Both the position numbers and the translations under genes were made by a program. 64,000 nt of DNA from a virus: the IMG/VR virus record IMGVR_UViG_3300030102_006903, positions 32,001-96,000 of that record. One strand, 5' to 3'. The notes below the pieces were generated by a model. It did not search any database and had not been told where the DNA came from. It saw only the letters and a list, made by a program, of their open reading frames with translations. How positions within the stretch are numbered: the stretch's first letter is position 1; the number at the start of each line of letters is the position of its first letter. Below, piece by piece: positions 48,604-58,010 of this stretch.

Positions 48604-48911
48604 TACAAATAATTAGGACCATAAAAATTCCACTTATCACTACCATCAAAAATATTACCTCTTGAGTGTTTTGCTGGAGAGTTCCAACTTGCAGGTTTTA
48701 ATAAATCACCCTTTAAAACAAGTGAACCTTTATTTACACCTTCGAACATAGAAACGAAAGCCCATACTGAAGAACCATCAATAATTTTCATGTATTTTTT
48801 ACCTTTTGATATTGATAGGGGTTCGTATTCTTTATAATCGTAATTGGCATCCCAATACTTTTTTCTTTTTTGGTTGACTTTTTCTAACCAAATTTCAAAT
48901 TGTGATTTCAT
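48603..48911 (-). CDS. Phage hypothetical protein (early-gene type)
   Basis: GKKYMKI..SVWAFV..GDLLKPASW..PAKH.RGNI pattern familiar from large phages. Confidence 0.6.
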   Translation of the reverse strand: MKSQFEIWLEKVNQKRKKYWDANYDYKEYEPLSISKGKKYMKIIDGSSVWAFVSMFEGVNKGSLVLKGDLLKPASWNSPAKHSRGNIFDGSDKWNFYGPNYL

Positions 48912-48927
48912 ACTTTAAGTTTTAATT

Positions 48928-48970
48928 TATTTACATAGTAAATATACGAAAAAAAAATGAGAAATCCAAA
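48928..48970 (-). promoter_or_regulatory. Bacteroidota-type promoter with the ATTTAC-N3-GTAAAT palindrome
   Basis: TTTG-N20-TATATTTA; palindrome at 48929-48943. Confidence 0.8.
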
Positions 48971-48981
48971 TAAAAAGTGAA

Positions 48982-49383
48982 TTATTTTTGATTAAATTCT
49001 ATTACCTCGAAGATTCTTGTAGAAATTTTCTTTGTGCCTTCTACATTGGTAACGATGATTGAGTTTTTAAATTTATCCCAATCGATAGAAAATGATTTAT
49101 CCAATACACCATTGTTTTCTTCTTTTACTAATTCATTAAGAGCATTAATAGTATAAAGAGTGTTACTTTGTTTTTTACGATGCACTAATATTGTATTATC
49201 CAAAGGTTTCTCTGGTTTATATTGTGTATCTATATTATAAGTTACGAAAAGTTCATCCAAATTACCCTTATTTTGGAGTACATAAATATAGTTGTAAACT
49301 ATGTGATATGTCTCTCTTATAAGTTGTAGGGTATTTTGAAGTTCCTCTTTGGTTGTAAAGGTACAGAGTAACTGTGTTTGCAT
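48982..49383 (-). CDS. Hypothetical protein
   Basis: 133-aa ORF, HRKKQSNTLYTINALN. Confidence 0.6.
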   Translation of the reverse strand: MQTQLLCTFTTKEELQNTLQLIRETYHIVYNYIYVLQNKGNLDELFVTYNIDTQYKPEKPLDNTILVHRKKQSNTLYTINALNELVKEENNGVLDKSFSIDWDKFKNSIIVTNVEGTKKISTRIFEVIEFNQK

Positions 49384-49412
49384 ATGTTTTCCTATCTATA
49401 TAATTATTCACT

Positions 49413-49421
49413 TATAAATAT
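49413..49421 (-). promoter_or_regulatory. ATATTTATA motif
   Basis: Recurrent motif. Confidence 0.55.
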
Positions 49422-49483
49422 AATTTATATTTTGGAAAACTACGAATAATGTACTTTATAATATACGGCTCGTAATATCGTTG

Positions 49484-51604
49484 TTATTTAGAACTTTTTC
49501 TTCTTGAATCTACCTTAGAAGAGATACAATCTCTCATATCTTTACCAAAATGACTGGCTACTTTTTGTGAAGTACCAGCAGTTCTCCAAGTATCTTCACA
49601 TATTTCAGTTGAACCATTTTCATTTGTAATGATGATTGCACCTGATTTTGAATCTACTTTACATCTTTCTCTAAGATGTTTTTTTAGTTCTTCTCTACCT
49701 TCAGTTGTGGATAAATCTCCATTGAATCCACTCTTTTCTCCTAAACACCCTCTAATATCTTGTGGTTGTGCTCCTCTGATTCCCATTTGTAAAATCATTT
49801 TACCATCACCACCATCTATATAAGAATCAAAATGCATTGCATCCATTACTGTTCCTATATATCCTTGTACATGAGGACCATTTTTACCATCTTTTGGAAA
49901 TCCAAGTTTTTCATCTGCACCTTTAATATCTTCAACTACTTTATTATGTGAATTTTTAACAGCATTTTTTTCATTTTGTTTGATGGTGATACATTTTTTT
50001 ATAGATGATGATTCAAAATCAATTGATGGGTTTTCTTCTTGGAATTTTTTTGTTTGTGTAAACTCACCAATCTTTGTCGAAATTTTACCATAAGGTTCAA
50101 ATGCAGGATTTTTTCCATTTGCAAGTAAAAAGTTAGAATGTTCTTGCATTAGTTTAAGTTTTTCTTCAGTACTTAATGAACTATAAGATTTACCCTTATC
50201 CTCAACATATTTTACAAAAGCTTTATTATCATCAAGTGTATCTATATATTTTTTCATTTGTGGAAGTTCACAAACTTTTACGAAATTTTCATCTATATCA
50301 ATTAAATTAGTTGCTTTAACTGATGCCTTTTTTACATCTGATACTAACTCAATACCATTATCAATTGATTTGACAACTGATTTTGCAACATCTTCACCAA
50401 ATCTTTCTTTGATAATATTGAATCTTTTTGCTGGTGTGGTGTTATTTTGAGGGTCTCTTAAATCATCACCTTTTTTATTTGAGATTGAAACCACACACAT
50501 TCTACCTTCAGAATCTTGTCCAACTGTATATGTATCGTGATATTTTCTAAATTTTTGGAATGATTTTAATTCTTTTGTAAAGTAATCAATATCTTCTTGA
50601 TTATTATTCTTTTTTGCATTTTCTAATCTTTTAGATATTTTAGATTCTAATTCATCATCAATTTGAGTTTCAGATTGAATTGTAGTATTAGGTTTACTCA
50701 TATCCATATTAGTATCTTCATCTAATATTTTACGAGTTGCAAGAGTACCATCATAAGAAGCTCTCATCCATTCAAGATATGGTTCATCTTTACCATTAAA
50801 ACCTTTTTTACCTTTTAAATAAAATACAGAATTATCAATATTTTTAATTCTATCCAATTCTTGTTGAGCAAATTCTTCACGAGTTGCAAGATAATTATTA
50901 AATTCATCACTATTAGGGTCTAATCCTATTGCTTCTGCCGTTCTTACTTCTACTGCTGTTTTTTTTCTATCTAATCCCTTTTGTCTTTCTTCTATTTTTT
51001 CTTTATTTTTTTCTTTGAAATCCGATTCGTTGAAAGTATTCATTGTATTACAATATCGAGATTCACCTTGAGATGCAACTGGTCCACCTGCACCTGCAGT
51101 TCCCATATCTCTTTTTTGTTGTAAATCAGATTGAGTTTTTTCTAAACTATTTTTTACTTGTTCATTTGATTGAGGAATTGATTCAGAATCAGTAGTGCCT
51201 TCACCATCTTCTTCTTCTTTTTTCTTTTTCTTAACATCTGGTCTATCAGCAAAATCTTTTGCACCTAACTTTGTTGGGTCTTTTTTCTCTGGTTCATCAA
51301 CTTTTGTTTTATTTTTATTTCTGAGAGCATCTGCTGCTTTATATTGAGGAGATTCTTTATCTGCTGCAATTGCATTTCTATAAGTAGTTTTTTTTGTTTC
51401 ACCTTTTTTGTTCTGATAAGTAACTTCAGTATCATCATCTATTTCGGTAAGGAATTCAAATATAGTATCTTTTACTTCATACTCACCCCATTCTGAAAGG
51501 ATTTCAGACATAATAGATTGGTGTTCCTTATTATGTATATTAGGAATTCCAACTCTAAATGAGAGTTCTTTTACTAATTTATCTATGATTTGTTTATAAT
51601 CCAT
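49484..51604 (-). CDS. Large hypothetical protein (706 aa, highly charged)
   Basis: Long ORF; no motif recognised with confidence. Confidence 0.6.
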   Translation of the reverse strand: MDYKQIIDKLVKELSFRVGIPNIHNKEHQSIMSEILSEWGEYEVKDTIFEFLTEIDDDTEVTYQNKKGETKKTTYRNAIAADKESPQYKAADALRNKNKTKVDEPEKKDPTKLGAKDFADRPDVKKKKKEEEDGEGTTDSESIPQSNEQVKNSLEKTQSDLQQKRDMGTAGAGGPVASQGESRYCNTMNTFNESDFKEKNKEKIEERQKGLDRKKTAVEVRTAEAIGLDPNSDEFNNYLATREEFAQQELDRIKNIDNSVFYLKGKKGFNGKDEPYLEWMRASYDGTLATRKILDEDTNMDMSKPNTTIQSETQIDDELESKISKRLENAKKNNNQEDIDYFTKELKSFQKFRKYHDTYTVGQDSEGRMCVVSISNKKGDDLRDPQNNTTPAKRFNIIKERFGEDVAKSVVKSIDNGIELVSDVKKASVKATNLIDIDENFVKVCELPQMKKYIDTLDDNKAFVKYVEDKGKSYSSLSTEEKLKLMQEHSNFLLANGKNPAFEPYGKISTKIGEFTQTKKFQEENPSIDFESSSIKKCITIKQNEKNAVKNSHNKVVEDIKGADEKLGFPKDGKNGPHVQGYIGTVMDAMHFDSYIDGGDGKMILQMGIRGAQPQDIRGCLGEKSGFNGDLSTTEGREELKKHLRERCKVDSKSGAIIITNENGSTEICEDTWRTAGTSQKVASHFGKDMRDCISSKVDSRRKSSK

Positions 51605-51611
51605 ACTATAC

Positions 51612-51620
51612 TATAAATAT
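51612..51620 (-). promoter_or_regulatory. ATATTTATA motif
   Basis: Recurrent motif, 7 nt before ATG. Confidence 0.55.
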
Positions 51621-54607
51621 TAAGGTGCAATATTCTTGTAAGGATGGTCACTCGGTAGAGAACTTTCCAATCCCCATTTGTGTGCAAGATAACCTTCTGC
51701 TTTTTCTAATGTTGATATATCAGTACCACTTGTACCAGGTATATCTGCTACTGCAAAGAATTCACCTAATTTACCAAATAATCTTTGTGATGACCTGTTT
51801 CTCATTATTCTTAATTGTTGGTTTGTTTGTAATGAGTTATCATAATCATTGACTGGTGTAAATGCATTTGTACCATCTACTCTAACACCGATTTGGTTTC
51901 CACTCTTATTGAAAAAACATGCAACTACATGCCATTGGTTTTGTGTTAAACTTACTGCATTCCAAACTTCTGTATTACCAATGGTACTACTAATTCTGTT
52001 ACTAGATAAGCCATCTAAATCTAATTCACCTGTGAATGAAGAATTGTTACCACTACTAACCGCATAATCTCTTTTTGGTGAACCATTTGTTTCGTAACTC
52101 CAAAGAGAATCTTTATTACTATCTACTCCTACATATCGAAATACTCCAATTGCCCAATGGTTACCTGAGGATACTTGTGCTGCATAAGTTGTACTTGTTA
52201 AATCATCACCACCATCAAACTCAAACACATTCAATCCATTTTGAGTTACCATATTAGTTTGTGGATTACCATTAACTGTCAATGTAAATGTTCCTGATTT
52301 ATCAGTTACACTTGTTAAAGTGTCTCCAATTTTTGTGTGAGTTGAAGAATCTGATGCATCAATCCAAGCAACAGTTGTTATATCTGTACTTGGTGACCAA
52401 GAAGTTGGAGTACTACCTGTAAAATTAAAATTCAATCTATTATTAGTTACAAATACTCCATCACTTGAAGTGGTATGATTCCAAGTTATACCAGCTTCCC
52501 ATGTATCACCATTATAAGGCATTGCACCTATATCTTTTGTTAATACATCATCACCAGATGGATTGAATTCATAATTAGTATATGTAGTATTTCCTGCATC
52601 TACTATTGAACTATCATTTATTGGTCTGAAGTCAAAACTTGCTGTATTTATTAAATAATCTTCTACATTAGATGCAGTAAAATTATTTGAACTTGTAATC
52701 CAACTTTCAAATGCTACATCATCACTTCTATGTCCACTCAATGTTTCAGATAAGTTATTCATTACTACTGAACCATAGTTTATGTTCTGACCTGCTTGTA
52801 CATTTAGTACCATTATATCATTCTTCACCGTACTATTGAAAGCAGTGTTATTATATACAAAATGACCACCAACATTATCTCCATTACCATCCAACATACC
52901 ACCTTTTGCCATAATTGCACCTTCACAATTCCATCCTATATTATGGTGAATACTTCCATTGAATCCTTCACCATCACCATCGAATCTGATACCATATTTA
53001 ATTGTATCATGAACCCAATTAAATCTTACTTTAGAACCTGATTGTTGAGCTGCCATAAGATGTATCATAGCACCATCACTTTGTAGATATCCACTTTCAG
53101 CTAAATCATTATATTCTATAATCGGTGCATTACCTGAATTCAATGTAGATGAAGCTGCTGTTTTTCGGAAAGTATTATTTCTAACAAAGTTATCATCACC
53201 CATTAATCTAAGTGTTGTCATTACAGATGATAAATTTGCAACAGTTTTATCTATATAATTAAAATAACAATCTATAATTGTTGTATTCCCACCTTGTGTG
53301 TGAATTACATCACCATCAGTATATCTAAACGAACATCCATTAAAAGTAACATTTGGACTACTTGTAAATCTTGTTTGAGTTTCAAAAACTTCATTACTTG
53401 CTGGAGCAATAGTTGAACCAGAATTAATTTGATTTAACATATGAGCATAACAACTTGCATATAAGAAATTACAATCACGAACTACTAATCTATGAGCACT
53501 ATTTCCTTTGAGTGTGGTAGAGAAAAAATTAATCTTTTCAACAGATACATCATCTGAGGTTATATTTAGAGAATAACTTTGTTGTTTTGCTCTTATATTT
53601 GTTAAACTTGGAACCGCATCACTTGGTAACCAAACATATAGGTATTTTGTATCATTATCAAAGAACCATTCGTTTTCACTATTTAGATATTGTAATTTAT
53701 TTTCCAAATAGTAGTAATGGTGTTTTTCTTTCCATGTTGCAACATCATCGTAAGATAATCTAATAACATTATTACTACTATCTAATGATTGTGAATTTAC
53801 TAATTTAGAATAAGTTCTAAATGAACCAACATTTAAATTAATCATAGAACCAGAAGTAGTAAATGAAGCATCTATTCCTTGTTGAGTTGTAACGAAATCA
53901 TATAAACTAGCACTATAACTTCCACTAAAACTATGTGCTACATCAACTATTTCTCCATTTTCATAATAATAATGACTACCAGTACCGGTACCTAAAACAG
54001 TACCATTAGCATTTTCGATATCTCCATTATTTTTTAAATCATAATATCCATGACCCCAATTATTCCAATCATATACTCCCTCATCACTCCATTGAGCACT
54101 TGGATATCTTGCATTTATAACTTCATCTCTATTATAAAAAAGTTGCCAGATTTCAACATCTGAATTTAATTTAATTTTATAAATTGTTTTACTACTAATT
54201 GTTTGGTTAGTATCTGTAACAATATCAGTAGTGTGTGTTTGCCAGTTTCCGCCATTTACAGAAGTATCTCTTAAATCAGAAATAGGTTTTGTTCCATCAA
54301 ATGTAACTTTTTCATCTTTGTATCCTTGTATTGATAAACCATTATTTGATATTTCTTGTTCATTAAATTCATAAGAACCTTCTCTAAGATATATTGTGTT
54401 TTGGTCTGTAATTCTTGAAATAGCATAATTTAAGGTTTGGAATGGATTATTTATATCTCCATTACTACCTGATGCATCGGTTCCATCAATTGATACATAA
54501 TATGCCCTTGGTGGCCAAATATGTTGGTTATCACGATAAACATCATCTACCCCAACATTATTTAAAAAAATGCTTTGTGCTGTATTAATTCTGAGTCGTC
54601 TACTCAT
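51620..54607 (-). CDS. Putative virion fibre/spike: right-handed beta-helix plus a C-terminal LamG-like domain
   Basis: YYVSIDGTD..NG...NPFQTL..AI...IYLREG.Y; Asn-rich beta-helix repeats; WIDASD...EGYLAHKWGL. Confidence 0.7.
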   Translation of the reverse strand: MSRRLRINTAQSIFLNNVGVDDVYRDNQHIWPPRAYYVSIDGTDASGSNGDINNPFQTLNYAISRITDQNTIYLREGSYEFNEQEISNNGLSIQGYKDEKVTFDGTKPISDLRDTSVNGGNWQTHTTDIVTDTNQTISSKTIYKIKLNSDVEIWQLFYNRDEVINARYPSAQWSDEGVYDWNNWGHGYYDLKNNGDIENANGTVLGTGTGSHYYYENGEIVDVAHSFSGSYSASLYDFVTTQQGIDASFTTSGSMINLNVGSFRTYSKLVNSQSLDSSNNVIRLSYDDVATWKEKHHYYYLENKLQYLNSENEWFFDNDTKYLYVWLPSDAVPSLTNIRAKQQSYSLNITSDDVSVEKINFFSTTLKGNSAHRLVVRDCNFLYASCYAHMLNQINSGSTIAPASNEVFETQTRFTSSPNVTFNGCSFRYTDGDVIHTQGGNTTIIDCYFNYIDKTVANLSSVMTTLRLMGDDNFVRNNTFRKTAASSTLNSGNAPIIEYNDLAESGYLQSDGAMIHLMAAQQSGSKVRFNWVHDTIKYGIRFDGDGEGFNGSIHHNIGWNCEGAIMAKGGMLDGNGDNVGGHFVYNNTAFNSTVKNDIMVLNVQAGQNINYGSVVMNNLSETLSGHRSDDVAFESWITSSNNFTASNVEDYLINTASFDFRPINDSSIVDAGNTTYTNYEFNPSGDDVLTKDIGAMPYNGDTWEAGITWNHTTSSDGVFVTNNRLNFNFTGSTPTSWSPSTDITTVAWIDASDSSTHTKIGDTLTSVTDKSGTFTLTVNGNPQTNMVTQNGLNVFEFDGGDDLTSTTYAAQVSSGNHWAIGVFRYVGVDSNKDSLWSYETNGSPKRDYAVSSGNNSSFTGELDLDGLSSNRISSTIGNTEVWNAVSLTQNQWHVVACFFNKSGNQIGVRVDGTNAFTPVNDYDNSLQTNQQLRIMRNRSSQRLFGKLGEFFAVADIPGTSGTDISTLEKAEGYLAHKWGLESSLPSDHPYKNIAP

Positions 54608-54609
54608 TG

Positions 54610-55077
54610 TTATCCTTGTATGATATATAAAGTACCACTAACTGGTGTAATGAGTGCATAAGATGCAGATGTCATTACTTCTATAACATTAGCGGAAGAT
54701 GAACTTACATATCCATCTAATTGAGATGAACCACTTACAATATTACTTGGTACTGAAGTAACATCAGTATAATCAACTGAACCACTTGATGTTAAATACG
54801 AAGATGTTGCTGCATTTAATGATGTATTAGCATTAGATGCAGTAAATGCATTTAACGAAGTATTTATTGAAGATTCAGATATAAATCCTAAACCTGTTAT
54901 TTGTTGTGAACCACTTATAATACCATCACCATTCGTATTAAGATATCTTGTATCAAAAGTTGATGTGGTATTTGCAGAATCAACTAACCATGTTGTTCCA
55001 TTATAACGATAAACCGTCCCATTACTCGCAGTATGGGTATCTCCACTTGATGCTCCATCAGGAAAGTTGAAAGCCAT
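54610..55077 (-). CDS. Putative virion accessory protein (Ser/Thr-rich)
   Basis: MAFNFP...GDT...NG..Y.YNGTTW; ISGS/VSGS repeats. Confidence 0.55.
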   Translation of the reverse strand: MAFNFPDGASSGDTHTASNGTVYRYNGTTWLVDSANTTSTFDTRYLNTNGDGIISGSQQITGLGFISESSINTSLNAFTASNANTSLNAATSSYLTSSGSVDYTDVTSVPSNIVSGSSQLDGYVSSSSANVIEVMTSASYALITPVSGTLYIIQG

Positions 55078-55096
55078 AATTAAATCTCCTTTTTAT

Positions 55097-55105
55097 TATA
55101 AGTAT
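55097..55105 (-). promoter_or_regulatory. ATACTTATA motif
   Basis: Recurrent motif variant upstream of a virion-type gene. Confidence 0.55.
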
Positions 55106-55716
55106 TAGTTAGTACAATCTACCTCATATTCTTCCCAACCTTGTGTCGGTTTTTCATTAGGGAAAACAAACTTTCTACAAGTTCCATCTTCTTCAAAGTA
55201 AATTGTTTTACTCATATGAGTTGGAATATGACCACCACTTGGTAGAATTTCATACCCATCTTCCCATATTAGTTCAACTGTGATTGTAAGGTTTTGTTCA
55301 TCATCCCAAACTCTTTCTTGTTCTTCTAATAATCTCCACTCACCTCTATTTAGGTTTTGTTCTTGTAGAGCACAATTTAAAAACGAAAAGGTTTGTTTTA
55401 GATTCACCATAGAATCAGAATATGTTGCAGCTGGTGCAAGATGTCCTTTATCCCAAATGTTTTGATAATAATCAGCATTATCAGATGTATGATAATCTGG
55501 TTCAGTATAAAAATTCATATTTCCTCTATCAACATTCTTAGGTCTATCTGTTGAGGTATAAACTAATTTTACTGGTTGTTCTTTTACTTCATTGTACCAA
55601 ACTTTAAAAACTTGGTTCTCTACTATCACTTCCTGTCTTAATTCTTGAGCGATGATTTGTTCTGCCTCACATCCACTTAACAATAGAGCGAGTAGTAATA
55701 TTTTAAATAATTTCAT
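55105..55716 (-). CDS. DNA/RNA non-specific endonuclease with a lipoprotein signal
   Basis: MKLFKILLLALLLSGC lipobox; DKGHLAPAA, Q...LNRGEW..LE; start moved to ATG 55716. Confidence 0.88.
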   Translation of the reverse strand: MKLFKILLLALLLSGCEAEQIIAQELRQEVIVENQVFKVWYNEVKEQPVKLVYTSTDRPKNVDRGNMNFYTEPDYHTSDNADYYQNIWDKGHLAPAATYSDSMVNLKQTFSFLNCALQEQNLNRGEWRLLEEQERVWDDEQNLTITVELIWEDGYEILPSGGHIPTHMSKTIYFEEDGTCRKFVFPNEKPTQGWEEYEVDCTN

Positions 55717-55742
55717 AATTTTCCTTAATTTTTTTATGTATA

Positions 55743-55751
55743 TATAAATAT
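55743..55751 (-). promoter_or_regulatory. ATATTTATA motif
   Basis: Recurrent motif. Confidence 0.55.
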
Positions 55752-57010
55752 TAAACTTTGGAGTAATCGGAACCCCAATCTGCTTTGACGGGAAAACCAA
55801 AACTTTCGAGAACGGTCTTAACCTTTTTAATAGTATCAACCTCAGAATCATCAAACTCGAAAAGGAATGAATCATATGTGTATAAAATAGGTAGGGGTAG
55901 GTCGTTTTCTTTTAACTTTTTTATCGCCTCGATATTGAACTCGGTTTCGGTTGCTTGTAGTAAATAATTAAATAATTTTTGTGCATTTGGTTGTTCAATC
56001 CAATCCAATGGGATGGTTCTTCCTTTTGGAGTTTCTATATATCCATTTTGGAGTGCCTTATCATTTAAGGATTTTATGAACTTATCCACCTTATCAAAGA
56101 ATGGTATCTTTCTATCATCATCGGATACTCCACCATACAAGATTCTAAAAGTTCTTCCTTTGGATTCATCATAATCTACACCGTATTGGTCTGCTAACCA
56201 TTGGTGAACCGATGTTTGGGGTAATTTATGTTTTATCAACTTTCCAATAATCCTTACATGATATGCATCGTAATCAAATTGTAAGAAGAGTTTCCCTTTT
56301 TGTGGTACGAAGATTTCTCTACTACCATCTTTTTTATTCAATGCGGAGAAATTAATCCCTAAATGTCTATTGGATGGTCTTGAAGTAATGGTATATGGGT
56401 TATATTCGGTGAATACTCGTGAAAACCAAAGTGATTTACGATTATCGGGCCATCTATCAAAAAATTTTTCCCTATCGACTTGGAGGCCCTTTTGTTCGAT
56501 TTCTGAGAGAATGGGTATCATTGTATTGTCAATCCAAGGTAAACAAGGTTCTAAGATACCAAAATCATCTCTAACACCCTTAAGAACCTCTATAAACTTC
56601 ATTATAGGGATTGATTTACCTAAATCATCTCTTATACCCAATCTATGATAAAAGTTCGTTAGAACCTCTATTTTCTCATAAAAAGGGTATAATTCATTCT
56701 TATTAAAGAATAAAGATGATTGTACATCTTTGAGATTGTTTATATTTAAGTTTGCTTGTAATAATCCTTTTTTATTCCAACAAAACTTTATTTGATTCGA
56801 GGTTGATAAATCTATTTCTAATTTTTCACAATCATTGTGATTAAAAGGTAAGATAAAATCCTCTTCGGAAAAAGCAATATAAAGAAAGGACACATCTGTG
56901 GTAACAGAGTGTCTATCCAAATCTTCCCAAATTGGAATAATAGTAGATTGTTCATTATTCCAATATTTGAGAAATTGTTCTTTCTCTTTATTGGTTTCTA
57001 CTATAATCAT
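55751..57010 (-). CDS. Compact divergent family A DNA polymerase
   Basis: TITSRPS, motif A QFDYDAYHVR, motif B SKGRTFRILYG, NYLLQATE, motif C YTYDSFLF. Confidence 0.8.
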   Translation of the reverse strand: MIIVETNKEKEQFLKYWNNEQSTIIPIWEDLDRHSVTTDVSFLYIAFSEEDFILPFNHNDCEKLEIDLSTSNQIKFCWNKKGLLQANLNINNLKDVQSSLFFNKNELYPFYEKIEVLTNFYHRLGIRDDLGKSIPIMKFIEVLKGVRDDFGILEPCLPWIDNTMIPILSEIEQKGLQVDREKFFDRWPDNRKSLWFSRVFTEYNPYTITSRPSNRHLGINFSALNKKDGSREIFVPQKGKLFLQFDYDAYHVRIIGKLIKHKLPQTSVHQWLADQYGVDYDESKGRTFRILYGGVSDDDRKIPFFDKVDKFIKSLNDKALQNGYIETPKGRTIPLDWIEQPNAQKLFNYLLQATETEFNIEAIKKLKENDLPLPILYTYDSFLFEFDDSEVDTIKKVKTVLESFGFPVKADWGSDYSKV

Positions 57011-57144
57011 TCAGTAACTCCTGCGTTATTTTCTAATAGAATTAGTTCGGCAGTTTCTTCATCTACCCAACCATCACCATCGATATCTACTATATCACCG
57101 ATATAATACATACCTTCTTTTTGTTTTAATTCTGATTTAGTCAT
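57007..57144 (-). CDS. Small acidic protein (45 aa) with a DxDxDG motif; not in the ORF track
   Basis: MTKSELKQKEGMYYIGDIVDIDGDGWVDEETAELILLENNAGVTE; follows a promoter; ATGA overlap with the polA-like gene. Confidence 0.7.
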   Translation of the reverse strand: MTKSELKQKEGMYYIGDIVDIDGDGWVDEETAELILLENNAGVTE

Positions 57145-57163
57145 AGTTTAAAATTTAATTGTA

Positions 57164-57195
57164 CAAATATAAGAAATTATTTTGATAATTCCAAA
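57164..57195 (-). promoter_or_regulatory. Bacteroidota-type promoter
   Basis: TTTG-N20-TATATTTG. Confidence 0.78.
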
Positions 57196-57974
57196 TGTTT
57201 TTCCCATTTTTTATCAAACCAAAAGGTTCTTTTTTGTTTATCTTTTATTTTTTCTCTTCTACCATAGTATTGCATCCAATCATCCCAAGTAATACTAAAA
57301 TCAATAGCAGATTCGTTTTCATTCATCCAGGTGTACAAACTACCACCACCTAATCGGTATGACCATCGAACTTGTGAAATTAAATGGTCTAAGAACCCGT
57401 CTTGTTGAACTAGATTCCTAATAGGTTGAAATGGATTTTGACCCCATTTTCCCAAGATTTCTGCTCGTAGATAGTTACCAATACCATTCCACCATTTTTG
57501 ATTCATCAACTGTTCGTGTGCAGGTTTATCGAAATCTCTATGTTCTATGTTTTGAAGAATATGTTTTCTGAATCCTTCTTCATCATCAAATAAATCAGGT
57601 CCTCTGTTTTCATTCCAATCTTTACCTAATGATTTGCCGAACCTTCGTATATCACACCAAGTAAAGTATTCACCATCATCCATTTTAAATCTTATATGAG
57701 AATGTTTCCAAAATTTATTTGAATCATCACTTGGTTCTGTAAAGTTTTTAAAACCTCCACTCATTCCTAATGTGATAACTACTGGCTCATTATCAAATAA
57801 TAACTTCATCTCTTTTCCTCTACTTGTTGCAGATAAAGTTTTTCCAATTACATTTATATTTTCAATTTCTTTGAGTTTGTTTGATTGTAGATATTCTACA
57901 TCAACAATTTTTCTATTTCTGTTTCTTCTTGTTACAAACTCTGATGTTATTCTTACTTCTGATATTTCTGGCAT
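57177..57974 (-). CDS. Fpg/Nei-family DNA glycosylase/AP lyase, NEIL1-like
   Basis: N-terminal MPEISE, RGKE, LGMSG, DIRRFG, H2TH NGIGNYLRAEIL, Cys-free finger DKQKRTFWF. Confidence 0.9.
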   Translation of the reverse strand: MPEISEVRITSEFVTRRNRNRKIVDVEYLQSNKLKEIENINVIGKTLSATSRGKEMKLLFDNEPVVITLGMSGGFKNFTEPSDDSNKFWKHSHIRFKMDDGEYFTWCDIRRFGKSLGKDWNENRGPDLFDDEEGFRKHILQNIEHRDFDKPAHEQLMNQKWWNGIGNYLRAEILGKWGQNPFQPIRNLVQQDGFLDHLISQVRWSYRLGGGSLYTWMNENESAIDFSITWDDWMQYYGRREKIKDKQKRTFWFDKKWEKHLELSK

Positions 57975-57978
57975 AATA

Positions 57979-58010
57979 CTAATATACGAATAAATTTTTA
58001 AATTTCCAAA
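57979..58010 (-). promoter_or_regulatory. Bacteroidota-type promoter (probably leaderless)
   Basis: TTTG-N20-TATATTAG; ATG 4 nt downstream. Confidence 0.72.

Noticed and set aside
19971-55751. TATAAATA as T4 late promoters on the plus strand
   Set aside because: No plus-strand genes follow; the motif sits upstream of minus-strand genes
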